NCBI GenBank assembly: GCA_017505745.1
Contig: JAFVOP010000112.1
Coordinates: 1 to 56,107 of the forward strand
Direction of reading: 5' to 3'
From: Clostridia bacterium
GTDB lineage: Bacteria > Bacillota > Clostridia > Oscillospirales > CAG-272
DNA: 56,107 nucleotides
Position numbers and translations under genes: made by a program. The notes beneath the pieces were generated by a model. It did no database searches. It worked only from the letters and a program-made list of their open reading frames with translations, and was not told where the DNA came from. Below, piece by piece: positions 24,258 to 33,747 of the stretch (within the stretch, counting starts at the first letter, position 1; the number at the start of each line of letters is the position of its first letter).

Positions 24258-26281
24258 CAGAAGCGGTAAAGCAATATTTGAAGATCCTGAGAGATAAGGA
24301 ATACCGTACCAAGCGTGTAGAGGGCGGATTTGACATTTCTCCTCTCGTGGAAAACTACGAAAAGCACGGACTTGAGATTCCGGTCATCCGTTTCCAGGAG
24401 ATGATAAAGAGAGAGATCCCCATCCTGTTTGAAAACGATCCTTTTGGCTTCCACCGTTATCAAAAGAAAATGCCAACCTTTGTGTTGAAAAACGGCAAAG
24501 AAAGCTGGAGAGTACTGGCGGGAAACATTACGCCCAACTATGCAAGAGTGATTGGACAAGGCTTTGATCGGGTCCGGGACGAGATCCACGGATATTTGCA
24601 AAGTGCCGATGAGGAGCAAACGAAATTTTATCATGCGATCCTGGCACATCTGGATGCAATTACGGATCTGGCCGAGCGCTACCGTGCAGAAGCCGAGAAG
24701 CAGGGCTGCAAGGCGCTTGCAGATGCGCTCACCCGCCTTCCCGCACAGCCTGCCGTCACTTTTTACGAAGCTTGCGTATTCTTTACGATCTTGACCTATT
24801 CTCTCCGCGTATGCGGAAACCAGCACATGACGATCGGTCGTTTTGACCAATACATGTATCCCTACTACCAGCATGATATTCAATCCGGAAAAACCGAAGA
24901 AGAGCTGTTGGAAACGCTGGAGCTGTTCTTTATTTCACTCAACTTTGACACCGATATTTATCACGGAATTCAACAAGGCGACAACGGACAGAGCATGGTG
25001 CTTGGAGGCTTTGACCGCGACGGAAACAGCATGTTCAACGAGCTTTCCAAGCTTTGTATGGAGGCATCACTGGAGCTCAAGTTGATCGACCCCAAGATCA
25101 ATCTGCGCTGCGGCAAGAAAACACCGCAATGGCTGTTTGATTATGCAACCAAAATGACCAAGCAAGGTCTTGGTTTCCCTCAGTATTGCAACGATGACAT
25201 CGCGGTTCCCGGCTTGGTTGCGCTCGGATATGATTATGAGGACGCCTTGAACTATACCGTAGCGGCATGCTGGGAGTATATTATTCCCAACTGTTCCTTT
25301 GACGTTCCCAATATCCAAACCATGGACTTCCCCTTTGTGATCAACCGCGCGATTCATGCGCACCTTGCTGACGCCAAGACCTTTGACGAGCTGATGCAAT
25401 TTGTGAAACAAGCCGTGCGTGAGGAATGTGACGTGATCATCGATCGCGCCAACAATAGCCGACACGTTTCCATCCCCTTCCTTTCGCTCTTGGTAGACGG
25501 TTGTCTGGAAAAAGGTAAGGACATGACGAAATGGGCAGCAAAATACAACTGCTTTGGTTGTCACGGCGCCGGAATCGCTCCCGCAGCAGATGCTCTGGCG
25601 GCCATCAAATCCCTGGTGTATGAAAAGCAATCCTTGAAGAAGGATGAGCTTTTGGCGGCTTTGGATGCAGATTTCAAGGGCTATTCGGCTTTGCAAAACG
25701 AATTGCTCAATTGCCCCAAAATGGGTAACAATGACGATTTTGTAGACGATATCGCAAACGAGCTGATGGCCGAATTTTCCGGCTATCTCAACAAAAAGCC
25801 CAACAACCGCGGCGGCTTTTGGAGAGCCGGAACCGGAAGCGCGATGGAATACGTACGTTTGGCAAAGAAATGCCCCGCAACTGCGGACGGACGCAATGCT
25901 TGGGAACCTTACGGAAGCAGCTTCTCGCCTGCTATTACAACAAAGCTGGAGGGGCCCCTTTCCGTGATCCAGTCCTTTACCAAATTTGACATGACAAAGA
26001 TCATCAACGGAGGTCCTTTGACTCTGGAGGTACACGATTCGGTCTTCCGTAATGAGGAGGGAGAAAAGAAGGTGGCGCAGCTGGTTCGCGCCTTCATTGA
26101 GCTTGGCGGCCATCAATTGCAGTTGAATTCGATCAACCGCGACACATTGCTTGACGCGCAAGCGCACCCCGAAAAATATCCGAACCTGATCGTTCGCGTT
26201 TGGGGCTGGAGCGGATACTTCTGCGAGTTGGATCCCGAATATCAGAATCACATTATCAAGCGTACGGAATTTTCCGTGTAA
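24254..26281 (+). CDS. Glycyl radical enzyme, PFL-like superfamily, compact 675-aa form of unknown specificity
   Basis: The C-terminal glycyl motif 'RVWGWSGYF' places Gly651 at codon 26204-26206. The Cys loop 'TVAACWEY' places Cys339 at codon 25268-25270 and Glu341 two residues later. Its start overlaps the activase stop (ATGA). Confidence 0.85.
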   Translation: MTEAVKQYLKILRDKEYRTKRVEGGFDISPLVENYEKHGLEIPVIRFQEMIKREIPILFENDPFGFHRYQKKMPTFVLKNGKESWRVLAGNITPNYARVIGQGFDRVRDEIHGYLQSADEEQTKFYHAILAHLDAITDLAERYRAEAEKQGCKALADALTRLPAQPAVTFYEACVFFTILTYSLRVCGNQHMTIGRFDQYMYPYYQHDIQSGKTEEELLETLELFFISLNFDTDIYHGIQQGDNGQSMVLGGFDRDGNSMFNELSKLCMEASLELKLIDPKINLRCGKKTPQWLFDYATKMTKQGLGFPQYCNDDIAVPGLVALGYDYEDALNYTVAACWEYIIPNCSFDVPNIQTMDFPFVINRAIHAHLADAKTFDELMQFVKQAVREECDVIIDRANNSRHVSIPFLSLLVDGCLEKGKDMTKWAAKYNCFGCHGAGIAPAADALAAIKSLVYEKQSLKKDELLAALDADFKGYSALQNELLNCPKMGNNDDFVDDIANELMAEFSGYLNKKPNNRGGFWRAGTGSAMEYVRLAKKCPATADGRNAWEPYGSSFSPAITTKLEGPLSVIQSFTKFDMTKIINGGPLTLEVHDSVFRNEEGEKKVAQLVRAFIELGGHQLQLNSINRDTLLDAQAHPEKYPNLIVRVWGWSGYFCELDPEYQNHIIKRTEFSV

Positions 26282-26295
26282 CACAATAGAAAAAA

Positions 26296-26339
26296 GCAAC
26301 GGAGTGATTGCAAAATCTGCGATCGCTCCGTTGTTTTTT
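26296..26339. terminator. Bidirectional intrinsic terminator
   Basis: The stem caacggag / ctccgttg has an inner extension. A T-run lies at 26334-26339 and an A-run precedes the stem. It sits between convergent genes. Confidence 0.7.
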
Positions 26340-26634
26340 ATGAAAAGTGAAATTTTCGATGCTTTTTACGGTCACACGCATAGCAGGAAAGCTCCTGTTG
26401 CGAAAGCTTTACAAGAATGGTATCTTCGCCGATACATTCGATCTTATGCCACGGAATTACCAGGTCCTCTTCCCTGCCAAAACCAAAAAAGCCGCAGGTT
26501 CCGTGAATGACCAGAGCAAGGATCCTGGCGTCCTCACAGTCAAATTCAAAATCGGTCGCATATCCAAGCCGTGTTCCGTCGCATAAATTGATAATTTCCA
26601 ATTGCCGCAGATCTGCGGTGCTGCAACGCCTCAT
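26338..26634 (-). CDS. YlmC/YmxH-family sporulation protein (PRC barrel)
   Basis: 98-aa ORF. 'LRQLEIINLCDGTRLGY..DFEFD..ARILALVI' and 'DLVIPWHKIECIGEDTILV' are typical of the family. Confidence 0.8.
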   Translation of the reverse strand: MRRCSTADLRQLEIINLCDGTRLGYATDFEFDCEDARILALVIHGTCGFFGFGREEDLVIPWHKIECIGEDTILVKLSQQELSCYACDRKKHRKFHFS

Positions 26635-26725
26635 ACCGAAGTACTCCTTCCAAAAGAGCTGTTCACTTCAGTATATGCAACAAAAACGGTTTCCTTGGCT
26701 GTCCGTTCTTTTTTTCAAAAGAACT

Positions 26726-29065
26726 TTACATGCAGGTGATACGGATCTCTTCTCCGTCGGCGTCGATCTTGGCAAAGGAATAGAATTTTTTATAATCGGA
26801 AATAATCATCGCGGCGAGTCGGTCCTCCACCTCTTTTTGAATAAAGCGGCGCATGTTACGCGCGCCGTACTTCCGTGAGAAGGATTTCGAAGCGATCACG
26901 GAAAGCGCGGAATCGGTATAGCTGAGCTTGATGTTCTTTTCGGCAAGCGCCAGCTTCAGCTCCTCCAGCATGATCGCGGCAATCCGCACGAAGTCCTGCT
27001 CATCCAATGAGCGGAAGGTGATGATCTCATCCACGCGGTTGATAAACTCGGGGCGCAGGAAGGATTCAAGCGCTTTTTGGGTTTTGGCAGCCTCGCCTGT
27101 ACCGTTCTCCGCCGTGGAGAAGCCTGCCAGCGACGCCGAGCGATCAGAGCCTGCATTCGTGGTCATCACGATCACGGCATTCTCAAAATTCACGGTTTTT
27201 CCGCGCGCGTCGGTGATCCGTCCGTCATCCAGGATCTGAAGCAGAATATTTAACACGTCGGGATGCGCCTTTTCGATCTCATCAAACAACACGATCGAAT
27301 AGGGACGGCGGCGGATCTTTTCGGTCAACTGCCCTGCCTCATCATAGCCGACGTATCCGGGAGGCGCTCCGATGATACGCGAGACCGAGTGTTTTTCCAT
27401 GAATTCCGACATATCCAAGCGAATCAAAGTTTCGGGAGAATGAAAGAGATCGTTGGCCAGCGTTTTCACCAGCTCGGTTTTTCCCACTCCCGTCGGTCCC
27501 GCAAAAATGAAGGAAACCGGCTTGCGCTTGTAAGAGATTCCCGCGCGATTGCGCTTGATCGCTCTGGCAACGGCTTCTACCGCCACGTCCTGCCCGATGA
27601 TCCGCTCCTTCAACCGGTTCTCCAGCTTGTCGATCTGCTCAAACTCATTCTCGGTAATGCTGGTAGCCGGAACACCTGTCCAAAGCTCAATCACATTTGC
27701 AATATCGTTTTCGGTCAATTCTACGCTCTTTGCCTCCGGCTCGATCTGCTCCAAGCGTGCGGAAAGCTTCAGCTCTTCGGAGCGAACGGTGGTAATTTCC
27801 TCATACCGCGCCTGCTCCACGGCATTGTTGCCGGCGATCTCGCCCTCCAGCTCCTCGCGTTTTTGCTTAAGCGTCAGCAAACGGTCACGAATCGCATAGG
27901 ACTCGTTGATGGGAGCCGACGAAAGAGAAAGATAGGAGGCCGCCTCATCGATCAGGTCGATCGCCTTGTCGGGCAGATAACGGTCGGTGATATACCGCTC
28001 CGAAAGCACCACCGCACGGCGCAACAGCTCCGTGGGAATCTGCACTGCGTGAAACTCCTCGTAATAATGCTTGATCCCCATCAGCATCTCCACCGTTTCG
28101 TCAATCGAGGGCTCGTTGACCGTCACCGGTTGGAATCGGCGCTCCAATGCGGTATCCTTTTCGATATACTTGCGATACTCGTTCAGTGTGGTGGCGCCGA
28201 TGATCTGTACCTCGCCGCGAGAAAGCGCAGGCTTGAGAATATTCGCCGCATTCACACTTCCCTCGGCCTCACCGGTGCCGACAATGTTGTGCACTTCGTC
28301 GATCACCAGAATCGCGTTTCCAACTTCGTGTACCTCGTTAAGAAGCCCAAGGATCCGCGACTCAAACTGACCGCGGAACTGTGTTCCCGCAACCAAGGCG
28401 GTCATATCCAGCAAATAGATGTCCTTGCCCTGCAGCTTGTACGGAACGTTACCGGACGCGATCCGAATCGCAAGCGCCTCGGCAATGGCCGTTTTACCCA
28501 CACCGGGTTCACCGATGAGGCAGGGATTGTTTTTTTGACGGCGGCAAAGGATCTGGATCACGCGGGAGAGCTCGCGCTCACGGCCCACGATCTGATCCAA
28601 CCGTCCTTCTCTTGCGTACTGTGTCAAATTCCGGCTATAGGTAGGCAAAAATTTCAGTTTTTTTGCTTCCTTGGCCTTCTTTTTTTCTTCTTTTCGGGAG
28701 GAATCCTTTCCCTTTTCGGCGTTTGCGGGAAGATTTTCGCCATCCTTGCTTGCAAACAGTCCGGCATCACGGAAAAGCTTGGGAAGGTCAATGGCGGGTG
28801 CTCCGCCGTCTTCCACGTCATCCATGTCAGAGGGTTTATTTTCGGATACCTGCTCCAACATAGCGGACAGATCCTCCTCTGCGCCCTCCAGCTGCTCGGG
28901 AGAAAGCCCGAACTGATTCATCACGTTCCCCACGATGTTATCCACGGGAACGCCCATTTCCTTTGCACATTTGAGACAAAGTCCTTTGGTGGTTTTTTCT
29001 CCGTTTTCCACCTTCGTAACGAAAATAACTGCCATTCGTTTCTGGCATTGCGAACACATGACCAT
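26726..29065 (-). CDS. Two-ring AAA+ Clp/Hsp100 ATPase (ClpC-like) with an N-terminal C4 zinc ribbon instead of Clp_N
   Basis: 779-aa ORF. D1 has Walker A 'GEPGVGKT' and D2 has 'GPTGVGKT'. It has a short coiled-coil middle region and a possible ClpP loop, 'LAGF'. The N-terminus carries 'CSQC...CLKC' (Cys4, Cys7, Cys30, Cys33) followed by an acidic/basic linker. Confidence 0.85.
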   Translation of the reverse strand: MVMCSQCQKRMAVIFVTKVENGEKTTKGLCLKCAKEMGVPVDNIVGNVMNQFGLSPEQLEGAEEDLSAMLEQVSENKPSDMDDVEDGGAPAIDLPKLFRDAGLFASKDGENLPANAEKGKDSSRKEEKKKAKEAKKLKFLPTYSRNLTQYAREGRLDQIVGRERELSRVIQILCRRQKNNPCLIGEPGVGKTAIAEALAIRIASGNVPYKLQGKDIYLLDMTALVAGTQFRGQFESRILGLLNEVHEVGNAILVIDEVHNIVGTGEAEGSVNAANILKPALSRGEVQIIGATTLNEYRKYIEKDTALERRFQPVTVNEPSIDETVEMLMGIKHYYEEFHAVQIPTELLRRAVVLSERYITDRYLPDKAIDLIDEAASYLSLSSAPINESYAIRDRLLTLKQKREELEGEIAGNNAVEQARYEEITTVRSEELKLSARLEQIEPEAKSVELTENDIANVIELWTGVPATSITENEFEQIDKLENRLKERIIGQDVAVEAVARAIKRNRAGISYKRKPVSFIFAGPTGVGKTELVKTLANDLFHSPETLIRLDMSEFMEKHSVSRIIGAPPGYVGYDEAGQLTEKIRRRPYSIVLFDEIEKAHPDVLNILLQILDDGRITDARGKTVNFENAVIVMTTNAGSDRSASLAGFSTAENGTGEAAKTQKALESFLRPEFINRVDEIITFRSLDEQDFVRIAAIMLEELKLALAEKNIKLSYTDSALSVIASKSFSRKYGARNMRRFIQKEVEDRLAAMIISDYKKFYSFAKIDADGEEIRITCM

Positions 29066-29150
29066 GAAATTCTGTTTTATCCGAAATCAGTTCGGAACCT
29101 TTCTTTAACCTTCAAAAATACTATCAAACACGCGCATCTTTGAAACCGCT

Positions 29151-29858
29151 TCAACCGAGCAGCTGCGAAAACCACGCATTTCCGAAATCCAAAAATTTTA
29201 ACCCCTTAAGAAGCGCACCGTCTCCCAGGAATTTTACAAATACAGACTCGGTGTAAATGGGAGAGTTGGCAAAGAACACCTTTACCAGGGAGGCAAGCGC
29301 CAAAAGCACCGCCGTTGCGATCAGAAGTCCCAGGAGCGCACCCAGCACAGTGTTCAATTTTCCCAAAACCGGGATATGGGACACCATTTTATCCAAAACT
29401 GCGGCAAGGATCCAAAGCCCCACCAGCGCAAGCAAAAACACCAAAACGTATCCCAGAATATTGGAAACCAAGGAGGTGATCGGCGTTGCGATCGAATCGG
29501 TCATGGAATTCACCAAGGCCTCTCCGCTCCCCTCTGCCGCGTGCAATTTGGCTTGCATTTCCTCGGTCATTAAAAACCCGGGCAGCGAATCGATCACGTC
29601 CTGCGCGTTCATTGTCCCCGCCGTGCTCTGATACACGCCGTTTACCGTATTGTAAACAGCATTGCGTACCCCTGCACCGATCCATAAATCTGCCAGAAGA
29701 GCCGCCAGCTTGCCGCCAAGGAAGTACGCGATCAAAAAAGCAAATATCGTTTTACAGAAATGGATCGCGCTCTTCAAAATCCCGCGTTTTGCGCAGATAA
29801 ATACAATCAGAAGTCCAATTATCAAAAATAAAAGATCAACAATAACATTTCCCTTCAT
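29151..29858 (-). CDS. CvpA-family membrane protein
   Basis: 235-aa polytopic ORF. The N-terminal 'IVDLLFLIIGLLIVFICAKRGILKS' pattern is typical of colicin V production protein family members. Confidence 0.7.
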   Translation of the reverse strand: MKGNVIVDLLFLIIGLLIVFICAKRGILKSAIHFCKTIFAFLIAYFLGGKLAALLADLWIGAGVRNAVYNTVNGVYQSTAGTMNAQDVIDSLPGFLMTEEMQAKLHAAEGSGEALVNSMTDSIATPITSLVSNILGYVLVFLLALVGLWILAAVLDKMVSHIPVLGKLNTVLGALLGLLIATAVLLALASLVKVFFANSPIYTESVFVKFLGDGALLKGLKFLDFGNAWFSQLLG

Positions 29859-29892
29859 ATGTGTTTTCTCCCTTCATATCAATCATGTACGG

Positions 29893-31110
29893 TCATCGAA
29901 ACCGAATGTATTCGGCTTTTTGAGAGGAGCAAAGCAGAGCTTCGTCCTCGTTCACGGCCAATAGGATTCGCTGATCGGTGTTGCAAGCTTTTTTCGAAAT
30001 CTGCTTGGTGCGAAGGTTCAACCGCTCCAGCACTCCGTAGGACAAAAGATACACGGAATTTCCTTCTCGGGAAAGAGCCTCCACATCTGTTTGTGTGTAT
30101 TCTTGATACAGTGTTTTCCCATTTTTATCAAAGACCACCAACAAAGGGGATGACGAAGCGGAGGGTGGCTTAAGGCACACCGTGGCCCCGTCCTCATCTA
30201 ACTCTGCATCGGCCATTTGGAGTCCGTCAAAGGAAAACGATGAAAGCAACGCTCCTCCGCTTGAATAGAAGCGGATCGCATCGCCGGAAAGCACGCTGAC
30301 GGCTCCGGACGACGTAAAAGCACAGGAAAGGCCAACCGTATCACCAACGTGAATTTCTGCCTCCGACTCTTTTTTTCCGGTTTTATACAGTTCTAATCGG
30401 GTTTGATACAGACCGTTTTTCATAGCAGAGGTCAAAAGTGCAATGCGCTCTCCCTCCCCGTCCAGCTCTACGTCCATTACGTACCCCGTTTTATTATATC
30501 GGCTCAGAAGTGAAAAATGACTGTCATATAGCCAAACAACCGTAGAATATTCGTCCGATAAGGTGATCAGGGCATACATTCCCGAATCCGAAACCGTAGC
30601 TCCCAAGATCGGCTTCTCGGTTTTTCCCGTATGAACCTGCGTATACGAGTTATACAAGGAATAGTGTGTCCCTCCCATTTCGTATACCATCAAATATTTT
30701 CCGGTTCCTACGGCTGTGGGATTTTGGTAATTGACGATCTTACTGAGCGCCTGCTTTCCCGTAGCGGTAAACACGGAAACCGACTTGTTTCCGGCCACCG
30801 CAAGTCCCTTACGATACAGCGAAAAGCTTTGCTGCGGATTAGACGGATAGGTCACCGAATCACTTCCATAGGTCTCGGAGGACTCTACCGAGGCGTTCAG
30901 ATCCTTAAAAAAGTAATAGAAGTTTTGATAGGTGATCAAGCGTGTATTTGAGAAGAAAGACAGCACCACAAACGCAAAAAGCGAGAAATAGAGGATCACC
31001 TGAAAGATGCCGAGATTGGCCGATACCGATTCATAATACTCGTTTTGCGGCGCTTCCTCCATATGCGCATTCTTTTTTTTGCGCCAAAACAAAAGTTGCG
31101 GTTTTTTCAA
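29893..31110 (-). CDS. Membrane-anchored hypothetical protein (DUF5711-like, predicted beta-propeller ectodomain)
   Basis: A TTG start at 31110 is preceded by AAAGGAGGG 5 nt upstream. There is a single TM helix, 'IFQVILYFSLFAFVVLSFF'. The longer track ORF (to 31440) overlaps truA and is rejected. Confidence 0.65.
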   Translation of the reverse strand: MKKPQLLFWRKKKNAHMEEAPQNEYYESVSANLGIFQVILYFSLFAFVVLSFFSNTRLITYQNFYYFFKDLNASVESSETYGSDSVTYPSNPQQSFSLYRKGLAVAGNKSVSVFTATGKQALSKIVNYQNPTAVGTGKYLMVYEMGGTHYSLYNSYTQVHTGKTEKPILGATVSDSGMYALITLSDEYSTVVWLYDSHFSLLSRYNKTGYVMDVELDGEGERIALLTSAMKNGLYQTRLELYKTGKKESEAEIHVGDTVGLSCAFTSSGAVSVLSGDAIRFYSSGGALLSSFSFDGLQMADAELDEDGATVCLKPPSASSSPLLVVFDKNGKTLYQEYTQTDVEALSREGNSVYLLSYGVLERLNLRTKQISKKACNTDQRILLAVNEDEALLCSSQKAEYIRFR

Positions 31111-31145
31111 GAGATCCCTCCTTTCTTTCAGATTACGGTTGACTC

Positions 31146-31904
31146 TCAATAGATCACGCGATGAAGATACAGTCCGCAGGCGGGCATCGTATTTCCCGCT
31201 TTGGAACGGTCCTTGGAAGCCGTGATGATTGGCAGATCTGCAGGCTTCAATTTGCCCTGTCCAACCGCGAGCAGCGTTCCTGCCAGAATCCGTACCATAT
31301 TGTATAAAAAGCCGTTGGCAGCAACGCGAAAGATCACACAGTCCCCCTCGCGATAAACCTCGGCACGCGTAACCGTGCGAACCGTGCTCTTCACCGAAGA
31401 TCCATGCGCCATATAAGCGGCAAAATCCTGTGTACCGCATAGCGTTGCGGCGGCAAGATTCATCGCTTGAATATCCTCATCTCGCAGAAGCTTTGGAACG
31501 TGCGCAGAGCGCCCCTCCTCAAACGGATCGCGAACGGCACGGTTATACATGCGATAAAGATATTCCTTTTCTTTCACGTCATAGCGCGCATGGAAGGAGC
31601 CTTCCACCCATTTTGCATCAAATACACAGATGTCGGGCGGCAAATAGTTGGAAAGCGCCAACGGAATCCGTTCCACCGGGATTGCGGTTTCTAAAAAATC
31701 CGTCCCCTTTTGTGCCACCGTAGCGCAAAACTCATTGGCATGAACCCCACTGTCGGTACGGCTGCAGCCAACGATATCACAAGCAACACCAAATGCAGCA
31801 AGCGTTGCCTCATTGAGCTTTTGCTGAATGCTGATCCCGTTCGGTTGTACCTGATAGCCACAATAATTTGTGCCCAAATAACTGATTTTCAGCAACAATT
31901 TCAT
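31146..31904 (-). CDS. truA: tRNA pseudouridine(38-40) synthase
   Basis: The ORF starts at 'MKLLLKISYLGTNYCGYQVQPN' and has the catalytic 'GCSRTDSGVHA' and 'FLYNMVRILAGTL'. Confidence 0.9.
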   Translation of the reverse strand: MKLLLKISYLGTNYCGYQVQPNGISIQQKLNEATLAAFGVACDIVGCSRTDSGVHANEFCATVAQKGTDFLETAIPVERIPLALSNYLPPDICVFDAKWVEGSFHARYDVKEKEYLYRMYNRAVRDPFEEGRSAHVPKLLRDEDIQAMNLAAATLCGTQDFAAYMAHGSSVKSTVRTVTRAEVYREGDCVIFRVAANGFLYNMVRILAGTLLAVGQGKLKPADLPIITASKDRSKAGNTMPACGLYLHRVIY

Positions 31905-31908
31905 AAGA

Positions 31909-32733
31909 TCACCCCAAAACAAAGCCAAAGGAACAGGAATTGAGGAGGATCAGTGTCACTCCAAGGGCAATGACAGCTCCCATCATTACCCAGTCGATCG
32001 CGCGGTACCGAAGAACATTGAGGCGAGTCCTTCCCTCTCCTCCGTGATAGCAACGGCATTCCATAGCGGATGCCAGATCAAACGCGCGGTTGAACGCCGA
32101 AACAAATAGAGGAACCAAAATCGGTACCAACGCTTTGGCACGGGCCAGGAGGCTTCCGCTGGTAAAATCCGCTCCACGGGCCTTTTGCGCGTTCATGATC
32201 TTTTCGGTTTCTTCGGTCAAGGTCGGGATAAAACGAAGCGCGATCGTCATCATCATTGCAAAATCATGCACCGGCACCTTGATTTTTTTCAACGGAGAAA
32301 GCAATTGCTCCAACGCATCCGTGAGCGCGATGGGAGTGGTTGTGTAGGTAAGAAAAATTCCGGTTCCCACGATCAGCACCATGATACGAAGGATCATAAA
32401 CAGAGCATTCCATAATCCTTCGGCATAAATTTTAACCGCCCAGTTCTCCGGAGTCAACAAATGCTCACCCTTGGTCATAAACACGTTGATCAACGAGGTG
32501 AAGGCAATAATGAACAGGATGGGACGTAAGGAACGCAATATCAAGCGCATAGGAATACGGCTGAGAAGGACCAGAACACACACCGATGCCACCAATGCCG
32601 CAAAGGAAACCAGGCTCTTGCAAAGAAAGGTACAAACAATATAGAAAAGCGCCAAAAGGACCTTGGTACGCGGATCCAAACGGTGGATGAGGGACTCGGC
32701 GGGATAATACTGTCCAAATGTTACACTCTTCAC
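31909..32733 (-). CDS. ecfT: Energy-coupling factor transporter, transmembrane component
   Basis: 274-aa polytopic ORF with 'LDPRTKVL' and the 'ARG...R' coupling-helix region 'AQKARGADF'. It follows two EcfA genes. Confidence 0.85.
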   Translation of the reverse strand: MKSVTFGQYYPAESLIHRLDPRTKVLLALFYIVCTFLCKSLVSFAALVASVCVLVLLSRIPMRLILRSLRPILFIIAFTSLINVFMTKGEHLLTPENWAVKIYAEGLWNALFMILRIMVLIVGTGIFLTYTTTPIALTDALEQLLSPLKKIKVPVHDFAMMMTIALRFIPTLTEETEKIMNAQKARGADFTSGSLLARAKALVPILVPLFVSAFNRAFDLASAMECRCYHGGEGRTRLNVLRYRAIDWVMMGAVIALGVTLILLNSCSFGFVLG

Positions 32734-33692
32734 GTTGCATTCCCCCCTTTTCCTTTAACAAGCAAGCGATACAGCTCTTCTACCGCGGCATCCACGGTGT
32801 AGATTTCCTCGGAAACCGGAAAGCCCTGCTCCTTGAGCATTGTCATCACGCGCGTGATCTGCGGAATATCCAAGCCGATATCGGAAAGCTCTCTGATACG
32901 GGAGAAAACCTCCTCACAGGGGCCGTGCATCAACACCTTGGCATTGGCCATCACGATCACGTCGTCCGAGTAGCGCGCCATATCCTCCATGCTGTGGCTA
33001 ACGATCAGAACGGTAGAGCCCGTCTCTCTCTGATATCGCTTGATCCCATCAAAAATATAGTCTCTGCCACGGGGATCCAATCCCGCGGCAGGCTCATCCA
33101 ACACCAGCACCTCGGGACGCATGGCGATCACGCCCGCCAGAGCAACACGGCGCTTCTGTCCGCCCGACAGATCGAACGGTGATTTTTCCAGCCAATCCGT
33201 GTCCACTCCCGTAAAGGCCGCCGCCTCCAAAACGCGCGCACGGATCTCCTCTTCAGAAAGCCCCATGTTCTGCGGACCAAAGGCAATGTCGCGGTATACC
33301 GTTTCTTCAAAGAGCTGGTATTCGGGATACTGCATCACCAGGCCCACACGGAAGCATAGTTCCTTGCGCCGACGTCTGATCTCGGTTCGGATCGCCTTTT
33401 TTGCGGCACTTTTCGATAAATTTTGATATTCGGGAAGGCTTTTCCATGCATCGAACACATCCTCAAAGGTAGTGTTTACATCGTAACCGTCGAGTAAAAC
33501 CTTTCCCGAGGTTGGCGCTGCCAAGCCGTTGAGAAGCTGCATCATTGTAGATTTTCCCGAGCCCGTATGCCCGATGATCCCCGTAATGCATCCCGCGCGG
33601 ATCCCGATGGAAACGCCGTCGAGCGCCGTTTGCTCGAACGGAGTTCCCTCCCCGTATATATAACTGACATTTTCAAGATAGATTTTGTCCAT
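32730..33692 (-). CDS. ecfA2: Energy-coupling factor transporter ATPase (second copy)
   Basis: The ORF starts at 'MDKIYLENVSYIYG' and has Walker A 'GHTGSGKST', the signature 'LSGGQKRRVA' and Walker B 'VLVLDEP'. It contains a roughly 40-aa insertion. Confidence 0.85.
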   Translation of the reverse strand: MDKIYLENVSYIYGEGTPFEQTALDGVSIGIRAGCITGIIGHTGSGKSTMMQLLNGLAAPTSGKVLLDGYDVNTTFEDVFDAWKSLPEYQNLSKSAAKKAIRTEIRRRRKELCFRVGLVMQYPEYQLFEETVYRDIAFGPQNMGLSEEEIRARVLEAAAFTGVDTDWLEKSPFDLSGGQKRRVALAGVIAMRPEVLVLDEPAAGLDPRGRDYIFDGIKRYQRETGSTVLIVSHSMEDMARYSDDVIVMANAKVLMHGPCEEVFSRIRELSDIGLDIPQITRVMTMLKEQGFPVSEEIYTVDAAVEELYRLLVKGKGGNAT

Positions 33693-33747
33693 TGATACCC
33701 TCATTTCGCAACGATCGCAAACCAACAAGCGAATCGTTTTTCCATGC

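Noticed and set aside
27263-29143. A 626-aa plus-strand ORF antisense to the Clp ATPase gene. Similar cases are 25067-26299 (410 aa, antisense to the GRE), 44141-45436 (431 aa, antisense to nadE), 2560-3516, 33847-34785, 19687-20568 and 16530-17384.
   Set aside because: These are all shadow ORFs opposite genes with clear family signatures. None has an RBS or recognisable motifs. I treat them as a codon-usage artefact and not as overlapping genes. Only ribosome profiling could overturn this.
29066-29150. A possible CtsR operator upstream of the Clp ATPase gene.
   Set aside because: The reverse-strand sequence TTTGATAgtaTTTTTGAA only loosely resembles the tandem GGTCAAA heptads, with poor matches and wrong register. 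This is not enough to call.
31111-31440. The N-terminal extension of the 29893-31440 ORF.
   Set aside because: It overlaps the 3' end of truA in another frame. A TTG start at 31110 with an AAAGGAGGG RBS gives a sensible signal-anchor protein.
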